Shown piece by piece: positions 31,537-41,375 of a stretch of DNA of 64,000 nt. A model generated the notes under the pieces. The model was given only the letters and a program-made list of their open reading frames with translations. It had not been told where the DNA came from and ran no database searches. This DNA comes from Candidatus Tenderia sp. Lineage in GTDB: Bacteria > Pseudomonadota > Gammaproteobacteria > Tenderiales > Tenderiaceae. The stretch spans positions 97,669-161,668 of the forward strand of contig JANOSY010000024.1 in the NCBI GenBank assembly GCA_031416075.1. The letters run 5' to 3'. The number at the start of each line of letters is the position of its first letter. The first letter of the stretch is position 1. The position numbers and the translations under genes were made by a program.

Positions 31537-32502
31537 CTACTCACTGGGCTTCAGTGCCAACCAGCCAATTTCCCGTGCTGTGGCTGTGCCAATTAGCGCC
31601 TGTTTCAGATTTTTTGGCATCACCGCCTCGGTTGCCGTGATAACAACTTTTCCGCCCATGATTTCTGCCTGTTTTTGTGGCAACAATGGCTCCTGTTTCG
31701 CATCACCATAACCATCGGGGTAGATTGGCATACCACTGCTCAGATCATACTTATCACTGGCCCCCAGGGTATGTAACATCTCATGGGCAATCACCACACT
31801 GTTACGCGCCTCCATCTTCTCTGCAGCATAGGCATGCACCACACTCACCATCCCCTTTTGCAGGCCAGTGGAGTGTTGCAGTCGTGGGGTGTTTTCTGGG
31901 TTATGGTAGAGAACAAATATCCGAATACTGGGTTGAGGGCCATCATATTTATCTTTAACGATAGACCAGTAACGTAAACGTAGACTCCACAGCATTGTTT
32001 TCCAAAGCTCCCCCGCTTCGGGCGGCAAGGGTGGCAACTCTTTTATAACAGGCCCAATACGCGCATCAACGGGATCTTTTATCGGCAGCTTATAACGCTG
32101 TACTTCATCAACCATGAACTGTTCCACATCATTAAAATCGGCTGTTGTCAGTGTCTGTATATACTCATCAGCAACAACACTGCCATCGCCATTAATGGGG
32201 TAGACCACCACCCACAATGGGCGCTCCCACGAGGTGGAGCGTACCAGTGTCAGCCAGCTATCAAGCCCCACCATCAGAAGAATTACCAGAAGGATGGCAA
32301 TCCGTATTTTTCTAAAGCTGATAGCAGATACCCCCTTTTTACTGCGTAACGAATCAGCGTCAAAGGTGTGCCCGGCGTTAACGGACACACGCACTGGGGG
32401 TCTCCCCGACAATTTCTCATAGGCGATGTCACATCCAGGACATTGCCACTGCGGGGCACTATCACCCTGTTGACGCACATATTTACACTTGGGGCACTGC
32501 AC
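31537..32502 (-). CDS. Zn-ribbon + TM + metzincin-like domain protein
   Basis: CPKC..CPGC, a TM helix, HEMLHTLGASD, and a downstream AEIMG Met-turn-like motif. Confidence 0.75.
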   Translation of the reverse strand: MQCPKCKYVRQQGDSAPQWQCPGCDIAYEKLSGRPPVRVSVNAGHTFDADSLRSKKGVSAISFRKIRIAILLVILLMVGLDSWLTLVRSTSWERPLWVVVYPINGDGSVVADEYIQTLTTADFNDVEQFMVDEVQRYKLPIKDPVDARIGPVIKELPPLPPEAGELWKTMLWSLRLRYWSIVKDKYDGPQPSIRIFVLYHNPENTPRLQHSTGLQKGMVSVVHAYAAEKMEARNSVVIAHEMLHTLGASDKYDLSSGMPIYPDGYGDAKQEPLLPQKQAEIMGGKVVITATEAVMPKNLKQALIGTATAREIGWLALKPSE

Positions 32503-32599
32503 GGGGACGACCTGTCTGTTAATCTACGGTTGTGTGAGTTTACCGTATCTCAAATATTGGCCCATAACAATTCACTTTTATATAGGTTAGGAGACAGAG

Positions 32600-32935
32600 A
32601 TGATTGATCTACCACAAATGCGCTGCGAGGCGTGCCAAGTCGGTTCACCCCAGGCCAGTGAACAAGAGGTTGCTGAATTTATGCCTCAGCTACCGGGGTG
32701 GGACATAATCGAGATCGACGGTATTAAACAGCTACAGGCTATTTTTACATTTGCCAATTTCAAACAGGCGCTGGCCTTTACCAACAAGGTGGGGGAGCTT
32801 GCTGAGCAACATAACCACCACCCCGCCATCACTACAGAATGGGGCAAGGTGACGGTCAGATGGTGGACTCACAAAATCAAAGGATTACATACCAATGATT
32901 TTGTAATGGCGGCCAAAACGGACTTTATTGCGTAA
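32600..32935 (+). CDS. phhB: Pterin-4a-carbinolamine dehydratase
   Basis: [22 protein letters not shown] and [10 protein letters not shown] motifs. Confidence 0.93.
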   Translation: MIDLPQMRCEACQVGSPQASEQEVAEFMPQLPGWDIIEIDGIKQLQAIFTFANFKQALAFTNKVGELAEQHNHHPAITTEWGKVTVRWWTHKIKGLHTNDFVMAAKTDFIA

Positions 32936-32943
32936 CCCAAATA

Positions 32944-33540
32944 TTATTTTTTGCTCCACAGCGCTTCCAGGCGCTGATCACGACCGCAACTCCAGCGGTA
33001 ATAGTTATAACGCACGGTATTGCGGGTATGGTAGTCCTGATGGTACTCCTCAGCAGGATAGAAGGTAGTGGCAGCGGCAATCTCTGTCACTATCGACTCT
33101 TTGAACGGTTTGTTTTTTTCCAGGGCCGCTTTTGAGGCAAGAGCCAGACGTTTCTGTTCATCGTTCATATAGAAGATTCCAGAGCGATACTGGCTGCCCG
33201 CATCACAAAACTGGGCATTATCTGTCGTCGGGTCTACATTACGCCAGAAATGGTCCAACAGCTGTGTATAGCTGACTTTAGCGGGATCATACACAACCCG
33301 TACCGCCTCGGTGTGGCCCGTTCCGCCCGCCGAGACCTGGCGATAGGTGGGGTTCTTTTTATGGCCACCAATGTAACCGGAGACGGTACTGATAACCCCA
33401 GCCACTTTGTCAAAATCACTCTCAGTACACCAGAAACAACCAGCGGCAAAAATTGCCGTCTCGGTCTGTTCAGCACGTAGTGGCAACGCTGCCAATAACA
33501 AAACTACCACTACACATGCCTGTAACAACTGCTTTTTCAT
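32944..33540 (-). CDS. msrA: Peptide methionine sulfoxide reductase A, exported
   Basis: Signal peptide from MKKQLL; GCFWC, GHTEAV and FYPAEEYHQDY motifs. Confidence 0.95.
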   Translation of the reverse strand: MKKQLLQACVVVVLLLAALPLRAEQTETAIFAAGCFWCTESDFDKVAGVISTVSGYIGGHKKNPTYRQVSAGGTGHTEAVRVVYDPAKVSYTQLLDHFWRNVDPTTDNAQFCDAGSQYRSGIFYMNDEQKRLALASKAALEKNKPFKESIVTEIAAATTFYPAEEYHQDYHTRNTVRYNYYRWSCGRDQRLEALWSKK

Positions 33541-33673
33541 AACAACTCCATACAAATAATGGTCACGGTACACATTAGTGGTATGAGACTTCAAAACCTT
33601 ACACCTGCAACCCAAACATGTCACTGTTAAGGGATATCGGCAACATAGGGTGAGAGATAACGGTTAACTTACC

Positions 33674-34126
33674 TCACAGCCAGCGGCGTACCCTGCACAT
33701 ATAATCCTGATAGGCGTCACCGTAACGGCTGGCCAAGGCCTGCTCCTCGATGCTGATCTGAAAACGGTCCATGTACAATACAAAGGCGGGGGACACCAAC
33801 AGCGCCGTCAGCCACCCGAGATAGAGCGACCAAGCCATTAATAAAAAGAAAAAGCCGAGATACATCGGGTTACGACTAATTCTATAGATACCCGTTGTGA
33901 CCAGCAGTGAAGAGCCTGTAGGGTCGATTGGATTCATGGTTGTACCCAAACGGCGAAATTTGACTACCCCGGCACCGCACACCACAACCCCAGCCATTGC
34001 TAATAGTAGAGAAAACGGCAACGGCACGACCAGAGCAACATCCGGCAGCAACTGCGCCAGCAGCCAGGCCAGCAGCATAAATAGTAGCGTCAGAAACAGT
34101 GGTGGGATTTTAAGCGCCATCCCCAT
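33674..34126 (-). CDS. Isoprenylcysteine carboxyl methyltransferase (ICMT/PEMT) family membrane protein
   Basis: LVTTGIYRISRNPMYLG and EEQAL..YG..Y..Y...VRRWL motifs. Confidence 0.9.
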   Translation of the reverse strand: MGMALKIPPLFLTLLFMLLAWLLAQLLPDVALVVPLPFSLLLAMAGVVVCGAGVVKFRRLGTTMNPIDPTGSSLLVTTGIYRISRNPMYLGFFFLLMAWSLYLGWLTALLVSPAFVLYMDRFQISIEEQALASRYGDAYQDYMCRVRRWL

Positions 34127-34544
34127 CCCGCCCTGTACTCATACGCGATGGCTCATACTCATCAAACTGTGACAGGTCACCCGTGAGTGTTTCCCAACAT
34201 GCCTTGGAACCGACAAAGATATGGGCCGCTGGTCGCTCATTAATATCAGAGTCAATCACACCCAGTCGAATCCGCAGCTCACCGGGGCGATGAATGTGAC
34301 GGCTGAAGAGAGGTGAGCCGCATTGACGGCAGAAATATTTACTCTGCCCCGGCGATGACTCATACCCCGTCAATAACGGCTCCCCCGCCAACAACCGGAA
34401 CTCAGCCTCTTGAACCACACCGTTAGTGGCAAAGGCCGACCCCTGCGCCTTGCGACATTGAGAGCAGTGGCAACAGACGATGTTGTCGATACTGCCGTGC
34501 AGTTCAAACCGAATACCTCCACATAGACAGCCACCTATATACAT
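34110..34544 (-). CDS. GFA (glutathione-dependent formaldehyde-activating / CENP-V) family protein
   Basis: GGCLCG, CHCSQCRK and FCRQCGS motifs. Confidence 0.92.
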   Translation of the reverse strand: MYIGGCLCGGIRFELHGSIDNIVCCHCSQCRKAQGSAFATNGVVQEAEFRLLAGEPLLTGYESSPGQSKYFCRQCGSPLFSRHIHRPGELRIRLGVIDSDINERPAAHIFVGSKACWETLTGDLSQFDEYEPSRMSTGRDGDGA

Positions 34545-34557
34545 TTCACCTCATCCT

Positions 34558-34971
34558 CTACGGTATTACACAGGCCGCTGTCAATATGCCCGTTGCCAGT
34601 GAGCAAGCCCCAAGAAAAACCCCGTGGGCAAGCCGATCCTCCTCCACACCTTTAGCGATATCGCTAATCATCAACCGAACAGCGGCATATGCAACCATCT
34701 GCGTCAACGCCGCCACCACACCCCATAACAGCAGATCAACCAGACTCACGCTATGAATAATCACCGCTGCCAACACCATTACAAAACCGAGTATCGCCCC
34801 CCCCAGGCTAAGCGCCGCAGCACTATTGCCCGCACGAATCAGTGGCAATTCACGGTATGGGGTAACCCTGACATAGACAACCACAAAGAGCCAGGTCAGC
34901 GCAAAAGCACTCACCAGATAGAGCGTGAAGTCACCAAAAGTTGACAGCAGTTCAGCAACCGAGTGTTCCAT
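34558..34971 (-). CDS. DUF350 (YjfL-like) four-TM protein
   Basis: TPYRELPLIRAGNSAAA motif; four hydrophobic helices; adjacent to a GSP-synthase-family gene. Confidence 0.88.
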   Translation of the reverse strand: MEHSVAELLSTFGDFTLYLVSAFALTWLFVVVYVRVTPYRELPLIRAGNSAAALSLGGAILGFVMVLAAVIIHSVSLVDLLLWGVVAALTQMVAYAAVRLMISDIAKGVEEDRLAHGVFLGACSLATGILTAACVIP

Positions 34972-34983
34972 ATGAGATTTATC

Positions 34984-36123
34984 CTATTTAAAGCAGTGGG
35001 GTACAAAACGGCTGGTATCACGCGTGATCGCCGTATCATCTTCACGCATACCGATACCTGCCGGTTGCTCACCGACCACCCATGAACCGACCACCGCATG
35101 ATTACCATCAAAACAGGGCAGCAGTGCTGGAGCCTGATAGACCCACCCTTCACTGCCATAACTGCCGGGGCTATGTAATCTCTGCTGCGGGGTGATGATT
35201 TCAACGTTCGCCCCTTCCCGGCCCAATAACGGCTTACGTACATACCCGTCACGCAGTGGTGCAGGATCAAAATAGGCGGGCAACAAATTGGGGTGATTGG
35301 GAAAGAGCTCCCACAACACAGCCAATAGCCCCTTGTTACTCAATAGCAACTTCCACCACGGCTCCAGCATCTGCATCTCGCCCGTCAACAGATGCTGACC
35401 AAACGGATCACGTATCAACCATTCCCAGGGATAGAGTTTAAACCAGCGCCGCATTGGGCTGTTTTTCAAATCGACAAACAGTCGCTCTTTTGCCGCCCAT
35501 CCAACATCCTCCACCGCCAGATAGTCTGTTTCAAAACCCGCCTGCTGAGCGGTATCACGCAGATATTCAACCGTCAGAAAATCCTCCTCACTCTGTCGCA
35601 ACGAACTGAAGTGAAGAGTTGAACCGTAACTCTGTTGATGCAGTAGCAACCGCCACTGTTCAATGAGCTTTTCATGAATTGAGTTAAACTGATTCGCCTC
35701 AGGGCGGACCTCCTTCAACCAAAACCACTGCACCACCGCCGCCTCGTAAACTGACGTTGGTGTATCGGCGTTGTACTCCAGTAACTTGGGTGGTTCATTG
35801 CCGTTATAACTGAGGTCAAAACGGCCATACAAGGCAGGCTCATGCAACCGCCATGATAACTCGATGCGGCTACGGCACCCTTCAGGAATAGCCAGCCGAT
35901 CATAGTAATCACCACTACGGACCATCAACTCCACCGCCTCCAGGCACATGGAGTGCAGCGTCGCTGTTACCGACTCGATCAACTCTATCTCCGCCTCTTC
36001 AAAAACATAACAGGCAGCCTCATTCCAATAGACACCGCCGATACTATGAAAAGTAAAACCTATCTGTTCGACCCGCGACTGCCAGTGGCGACGCGCAGCT
36101 ATCTGCTCACGCCGCATCATCAA
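34984..36123 (-). CDS. Glutathionylspermidine-synthase-family ATP-grasp ligase (YgiC/YjfC-like, no amidase domain)
   Basis: YGRFD, LLEYNADTPTS, QFNSIHE, FKLYPWE, KPLLGREGANV and GMRED motifs. Confidence 0.93.
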   Translation of the reverse strand: MMMRREQIAARRHWQSRVEQIGFTFHSIGGVYWNEAACYVFEEAEIELIESVTATLHSMCLEAVELMVRSGDYYDRLAIPEGCRSRIELSWRLHEPALYGRFDLSYNGNEPPKLLEYNADTPTSVYEAAVVQWFWLKEVRPEANQFNSIHEKLIEQWRLLLHQQSYGSTLHFSSLRQSEEDFLTVEYLRDTAQQAGFETDYLAVEDVGWAAKERLFVDLKNSPMRRWFKLYPWEWLIRDPFGQHLLTGEMQMLEPWWKLLLSNKGLLAVLWELFPNHPNLLPAYFDPAPLRDGYVRKPLLGREGANVEIITPQQRLHSPGSYGSEGWVYQAPALLPCFDGNHAVVGSWVVGEQPAGIGMREDDTAITRDTSRFVPHCFK

Positions 36124-36473
36124 CCCCCGCTGTAACCACGCCCAGAGCCACCAAAACCACCACGCTCAACACCCGTGGCACGTTCACCCTGACCACCTGA
36201 ACCATAACCTCCACCACCGCCATGCGCCCCCCCGGTGCCACCGCCCTCACTCTTTCCGTCACCGCACGCTTGCTGCTCTGGACTATAGTACTGGCCATTT
36301 TGCTGACGGCAGACACCATACCCCCAATCGCTTTGGCAATCATCTAGTGAGCGATAGGTATAACGACAGCCACCCTCAGCATCACACTGATTCAACGCCG
36401 TCACCACCACAACTGCCCCCACCAGCACCAACATCACATCGCTCGAGAGCCATTTTTTTCTGTTATCGCCCAC
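36120..36473 (-). CDS. YgiB/DUF1190-like membrane-anchored Cys- and Gly-rich protein
   Basis: TM helix, YRSLDDC..C, tail ERGGFGGSGRGYSGG*; stop overlaps the ligase start. Confidence 0.8.
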   Translation of the reverse strand: MGDNRKKWLSSDVMLVLVGAVVVVTALNQCDAEGGCRYTYRSLDDCQSDWGYGVCRQQNGQYYSPEQQACGDGKSEGGGTGGAHGGGGGYGSGGQGERATGVERGGFGGSGRGYSGG

Positions 36474-36640
36474 TCGCCCCCCCTCAACCTGCCGGTCTAA
36501 TATTTAACCAGTCCATTTAATTGGGGCAGGAGTGTACACCGAAAACGGGGGGCACCATACTGACCAATCTATACACCATATAGGATTTGCCTGATCAGCC
36601 GCTGTTTCCATATAGTGATAACCCACTCACGAGGTAACTG

Positions 36641-37828
36641 ATGGCCACCGATGAGATCGTAATAGTTGCCGCCCGGCGCACACCGATTGGCGCGCTGATG
36701 GGGCAGTTTGCCGGAACTGACGCGCCAACACTGGGGGCAGCCGCCATTCGTGCGCTGCTTAAGGGTACCGACCTCAAGGTAGAGGCCATCGACGAAGTCC
36801 TGATGGGGTGTGTGCTACCCGCCGGACTGGGACAGGCCCCCGCACGACAAGCGGCACTCAAGGCCGGACTGTCCATTGCCACTGGCTGCACCACCATCAA
36901 CAAGGTCTGTGGTTCAGGCATGAAGGCAGTTATGCAGGGGCATGACAGCATCACCGCTGGATCGGCCAACATTGTCATCGCCGGTGGCATGGAGTCGATG
37001 AGCAATGCCCCATTTCTGATCCCCAACATGCGCCAGGGGCTACGTTTTGGCCATGGTCAGCTACTCGACCACATGCTCTTTGATGGTCTACAAAACGCCT
37101 ATGATGGCCAGGCGATGGGCATGTTTGCCGAAGAGTGCGCCAGCCGTTTTGGCTTCAGTCGCAACGACCAGGATCACTACGCAGCTGAATCGGTAAGACG
37201 TGCCCTAAGTGCCGGCAGTAGCAATGCGTTTAACAATGAGATTGCCGCCATCACAGTGACGGGACGCAAAGGTGAAGAGCATTTTGATCAAGACGAAACA
37301 CCACTCAAATGCGACACCAGCAAAATACCCAGACTCAAACCCGCATTTAAATCTGAGGGGGGCACTGTCACCGCCGCCAACGCATCCTCCCTCTCAGACG
37401 GTGCCGCCGCCCTGCTGTTAATGCGTGCCAGCGATGCCAGAATACGCGGACTACAACCCCTGGCCCGCATCGTTGCCCATACCCACCAGGCTATGTCACC
37501 AGAGCTATTCACCGATGCCCCGATCCACGCCATCAAAAAGCTCTACGCCAGGAGTGGCTGGTCAGATCATGATGTCGATCTCTACGAAATCAATGAAGCC
37601 TTTGCCGTTGTCACCCTGGCAGCAATGCGTGAACTGAGGCTGGATCACAACAAGGTCAACGTCAATGGCGGTGCCTGTGCCTTGGGGCACCCCATCGGCG
37701 CAACCGGTGCACGTATCATCGTCACACTCCTGCATGCGTTACAGACACGTAATCTACAACGTGGCATTGCGGCATTGTGTATTGGCGGGGGTGAAGCAAC
37801 CGCTATCGCTATCGAACGGTTGGCGTAA
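36641..37828 (+). CDS. Acetyl-CoA C-acyltransferase (thiolase)
   Basis: NKVCGSGMKA, NEAF, GHPIGATG and CIGGG motifs. Confidence 0.95.
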   Translation: MATDEIVIVAARRTPIGALMGQFAGTDAPTLGAAAIRALLKGTDLKVEAIDEVLMGCVLPAGLGQAPARQAALKAGLSIATGCTTINKVCGSGMKAVMQGHDSITAGSANIVIAGGMESMSNAPFLIPNMRQGLRFGHGQLLDHMLFDGLQNAYDGQAMGMFAEECASRFGFSRNDQDHYAAESVRRALSAGSSNAFNNEIAAITVTGRKGEEHFDQDETPLKCDTSKIPRLKPAFKSEGGTVTAANASSLSDGAAALLLMRASDARIRGLQPLARIVAHTHQAMSPELFTDAPIHAIKKLYARSGWSDHDVDLYEINEAFAVVTLAAMRELRLDHNKVNVNGGACALGHPIGATGARIIVTLLHALQTRNLQRGIAALCIGGGEATAIAIERLA

Positions 37829-37911
37829 CTATCAGATTGTTTTCCTTGAAATAGAAGATGCTCTCCGTGCGATAAATTGAATTGGCAGTTTCCAAAACAA
37901 GCAGGTGCGAC

Positions 37912-39519
37912 ATGGCCATCATCAAATCAAAAATAAAAACAGCCTCCGATGAGTACATGGAAAACGCTGCCCACATGCAGCTCTTCATCGATGATCTGCG
38001 TGAGAATATAGAAAACGTCACCACCGGCCACCGTAACGTGGCACGTGACAAACATCTGCAACGTGGCAAGTTGCTGGTACGCGACCGCATCAGGCTATTG
38101 TGTGATCCAAAAACACTCTTCATGGAGTTCTCCACCCTCGCCGCCTTTGGCATGTACAACAACGAAGTACCCAGCGCGGGCATCATCACCGGTATCGGCA
38201 CTGTACACGGACAGAAGGTTATCATCATTGCCAACGACGCCACCATCAAGGGCGGCACCTACTATCCGATGACGGCAAAAAAACATCTGCGTGCTCAAGA
38301 GATTGCCGAACAGAATCGCCTGCCCTGTATCTATTTGGTTGACTCCGGCGGTGCCTTCCTGCCAATGCAGGATGAGGTCTTTCCCGACCGCGATCACTTT
38401 GGCCGCGTCTTCTACAATCAGGCCCGCATGTCGGCACAGGGAATTCCACAAATTGCAGTGGTGATGGGCTCATGCACTGCTGGGGGCGCGTATGTACCGG
38501 CGATGGCCGATGAGGCGGTCATTGTCCGTGAACAGGGCACTATCTTTCTCGGTGGTCCACCCCTGGTAAAAGCCGCTACCGGGGAGATCGTCGATGCCGA
38601 AACACTCGGCGGTGGCAATGTTCACAGCAAGATATCCGGTGTTACCGACCATCTTGCCGATGATGACAAACATGCCTTACAGATTACCCGCGACATTGTC
38701 GCCAATCTCAACTATCAGAAGGCCGGAGTGATCACACAACAGGCCACCGTTGCGCCATTGTATCCAGCAGAAGAGCTGTACGGCATTGTCCACCACGACA
38801 TGCGTAAACAGTACGACGTGCGCGAAGTGATTGCACGACTGGTGGATGGCTCCGAATTTCACGAATTCAAAAAACAGTTTGGTGTCACGCTGGTCTGCGG
38901 CTTTGCCCATCTGCACGGCTACCCCGTCGGTATCATTGCCAATAATGGCGTGCTCTTCTCCGATTCCGCATTAAAGGGCACACACTTCATTCAGCTCTGC
39001 AATCAGCGCGGCATTCCATTACTGTTCTTACAAAATATCTCCGGCTTTATGGTCGGCAAAAAATTTGAACATGAAGGGATCGCCAAACATGGGGCCAAAA
39101 TGGTCACCGCCGTCGCCTGCGCCGAGGTGCCAAAATTCACTGTCATCATCGGCGGTTCCTTTGGTGCTGGCAACTACGCCATGTGTGGCCGCGCCTACGG
39201 TCCACGGCAGTTGTGGATCTGGCCCAACGCCCGGATCTCCGTGATGGGTGGCGAGACCGCCGCCAATCTGCTCACCACTGTCAAGCAAGAGAGCTTGATC
39301 AGGGCGGGCAAAAAGTGGGAAGGAAAAGAAGCCGAATCCTACGCCAACACCATCCGCGAACAGTTCGACCGCCAGAGTCACCCTTACTACGCCACGGCAC
39401 GGTTGTGGGATGATGGCATCATTGATCCGATAAACACACGCAACCTGATTGGTCTTGGCATTGCCGCCGCGCTCAATGCACCGATCAACAAGACCAACTA
39501 CGGCATATTCAGGATGTAA
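37912..39519 (+). CDS. liuB: Methylcrotonyl-CoA carboxylase beta (carboxyltransferase) subunit
   Basis: [43 protein letters not shown] and ARLWDDG motifs. Confidence 0.92.
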   Translation: MAIIKSKIKTASDEYMENAAHMQLFIDDLRENIENVTTGHRNVARDKHLQRGKLLVRDRIRLLCDPKTLFMEFSTLAAFGMYNNEVPSAGIITGIGTVHGQKVIIIANDATIKGGTYYPMTAKKHLRAQEIAEQNRLPCIYLVDSGGAFLPMQDEVFPDRDHFGRVFYNQARMSAQGIPQIAVVMGSCTAGGAYVPAMADEAVIVREQGTIFLGGPPLVKAATGEIVDAETLGGGNVHSKISGVTDHLADDDKHALQITRDIVANLNYQKAGVITQQATVAPLYPAEELYGIVHHDMRKQYDVREVIARLVDGSEFHEFKKQFGVTLVCGFAHLHGYPVGIIANNGVLFSDSALKGTHFIQLCNQRGIPLLFLQNISGFMVGKKFEHEGIAKHGAKMVTAVACAEVPKFTVIIGGSFGAGNYAMCGRAYGPRQLWIWPNARISVMGGETAANLLTTVKQESLIRAGKKWEGKEAESYANTIREQFDRQSHPYYATARLWDDGIIDPINTRNLIGLGIAAALNAPINKTNYGIFRM

Positions 39520-39523
39520 TGTG

Positions 39524-40297
39524 ATGAAAAATCTGCTGGTAACCACTGATAAATGTGGCGTACGCATCCTCACCCTCAACCGCCCCGAGCGTCATAATGC
39601 GTTGAATGATGCGTTAATCAGCGAACTGATTACCGCACTTGATGAGTGCAACAGCGATGCAACAGTACGTGTGATTGTGATCACCGGTGCAGGTGCATCA
39701 TTCTCCAGTGGTGCCGATCTCGAATGGATGCGTTCGTCCGTTGATCATGATGAAGAGGCCAACCGCAGAGATGCGGTGCAACTCGCCATACTAATGCGTA
39801 CATTGTCTGACGTGCAGAGACCAACCATCGCTCGTATTAATGGCTCATCATACGGTGGTGGTCTAGGTCTGATCGCCTGTTGTGACATCGCCATCACCAC
39901 CCACAACGCACAGTTTGCCTTTACTGAAGTACGGCTTGGGTTAGTACCCGCAGTAATATCACCCTACATATTAATGAGCATCGGCCCACGCCATACACGG
40001 CGACTTTTTTTAACCGCAGAACAGTTCAGCAGTAATGAAGCACTAAACCTGCAATTGGTACATCAGGTCGTGGCTGACGAACAACTCGACGAGACCGTCG
40101 ATAAAACCATCCGCCAACTCTTAAAAGCAGGCCCTGAAGCGATCAAGGTGTGCAAACGGCTGATACCACGGCTGAGCAGTGATGAGATTGATAACGAACT
40201 GGTGGCGTTGATTGCAGCATTGCGGACATCGCCAGAGGGGCAAGAGGGGTTAACAGCATTTTTGGAGAAACGTGCCCCACACTGGATAAAGCCATGA
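39524..40297 (+). CDS. liuC: Enoyl-CoA hydratase, methylglutaconyl-CoA hydratase-like
   Basis: LNRPERHNA, GADLEWM, GGGLGLIACCD and EVRLGLVPAVISPY motifs; liu context. Confidence 0.85.
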   Translation: MKNLLVTTDKCGVRILTLNRPERHNALNDALISELITALDECNSDATVRVIVITGAGASFSSGADLEWMRSSVDHDEEANRRDAVQLAILMRTLSDVQRPTIARINGSSYGGGLGLIACCDIAITTHNAQFAFTEVRLGLVPAVISPYILMSIGPRHTRRLFLTAEQFSSNEALNLQLVHQVVADEQLDETVDKTIRQLLKAGPEAIKVCKRLIPRLSSDEIDNELVALIAALRTSPEGQEGLTAFLEKRAPHWIKP

Positions 40298-40301
40298 CTA
40301 T

Positions 40302-40417
40302 GGGTACCGCCATTGCCCAAAATGCTTCACAGCCACACGATGAAAGGGGTGTAACAACCTCATACAACAGCGGTTGCCTAGGTTCCGGCATTCACCGAAA
40401 TGACAACGGTGGTACCC
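40302..40417. repeat. Degenerate inverted-repeat (REP-like) element filling the liuC-liuE spacer
   Basis: GGGTACCGCCATTG (40302-40315) can pair with CAACGGTGGTACCC (40404-40417); internal GGTTCCGGCATTCACCGAAATGAC resembles a CGTC-type REP arm. Confidence 0.5.
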
Positions 40418-40418
40418 G

Positions 40419-41324
40419 ATGAACCTTCCCAAACACGTCAAAATCGTCGAAGTTGGCCCACGCGATGGCCTGCAAAACGAACCTGGCATCATCAACAGTG
40501 CCACTAAGATTGAGTTCATTAACCGCCTCTCCGCCACTGGACTCACCGTCATCGAAGCGACCAGCATGGTCAATCCAGCACGCATTCCGCAGCTGGCCGA
40601 TGCTGAAGTTGTCTATACCAACATCAACAAACTGCCCGGCGTCTCCTACCCCGTACTGATACCCAACATCAAAGGCATGGAACGGGCACTGACTGTAGGT
40701 GTTGAAGAGATAGCCCTCTTCACCTCCGCCTCCGAGAGTTTCAACCAGAAGAACATCAACTGCTCCATTGCTGAGTCACTACAACGCTTCGAACCGGTGA
40801 TTGAACTGGCAACACAACAGAACATCCGAATCCGTGCCTACATCTCCTGCGTGCTAGGCTGCCCTTGTGATGGTGATGTAAAGCTGGAAAGGGTCGCCAG
40901 GCTCGCCAAACAACTTCACACCATGGGTTGTTACGAAATATCGCTAGGTGACACCATTGGTGTCGGTACGCCACTCAAGGCCCGCGAGATGGTACTGACA
41001 GTCGCCGAACACGTATCCATAAAACACCTTGCCGTGCACTTTCACGACACCCGTGGACAGGCATTAGCCAATATCTTCGCCTGTCTGCAAGAAGGTGTTG
41101 GCGTTGTTGACGCCTCAGTCGCAGGCTTGGGTGGCTGCCCCTATGCCAATGGTGCCACCGGTAATGTGGCAACTGAAGATCTGGTCTATATGTTAAAAGG
41201 AATGGACATTGAGACTGGCGTTGATCTTGATGTATTGGCGGATGCAGGAAGGTTCATCTGCGAAAAACTTGGCCGGGAGAATCAAAGCAGGGTAGGAAGA
41301 GTTTTGCCCCGCCTTCCAATGTGA
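40419..41324 (+). CDS. liuE: Hydroxymethylglutaryl-CoA lyase
   Basis: EVGPRDGLQNE, SLGDTIG, HFHDT, GLGGCPYA and GNVATED motifs. Confidence 0.95.
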   Translation: MNLPKHVKIVEVGPRDGLQNEPGIINSATKIEFINRLSATGLTVIEATSMVNPARIPQLADAEVVYTNINKLPGVSYPVLIPNIKGMERALTVGVEEIALFTSASESFNQKNINCSIAESLQRFEPVIELATQQNIRIRAYISCVLGCPCDGDVKLERVARLAKQLHTMGCYEISLGDTIGVGTPLKAREMVLTVAEHVSIKHLAVHFHDTRGQALANIFACLQEGVGVVDASVAGLGGCPYANGATGNVATEDLVYMLKGMDIETGVDLDVLADAGRFICEKLGRENQSRVGRVLPRLPM

Positions 41325-41375
41325 CCACAAGCCCCCTTCCTACAAGGAGGGACATTAAAAACAGGAACCCATCAA

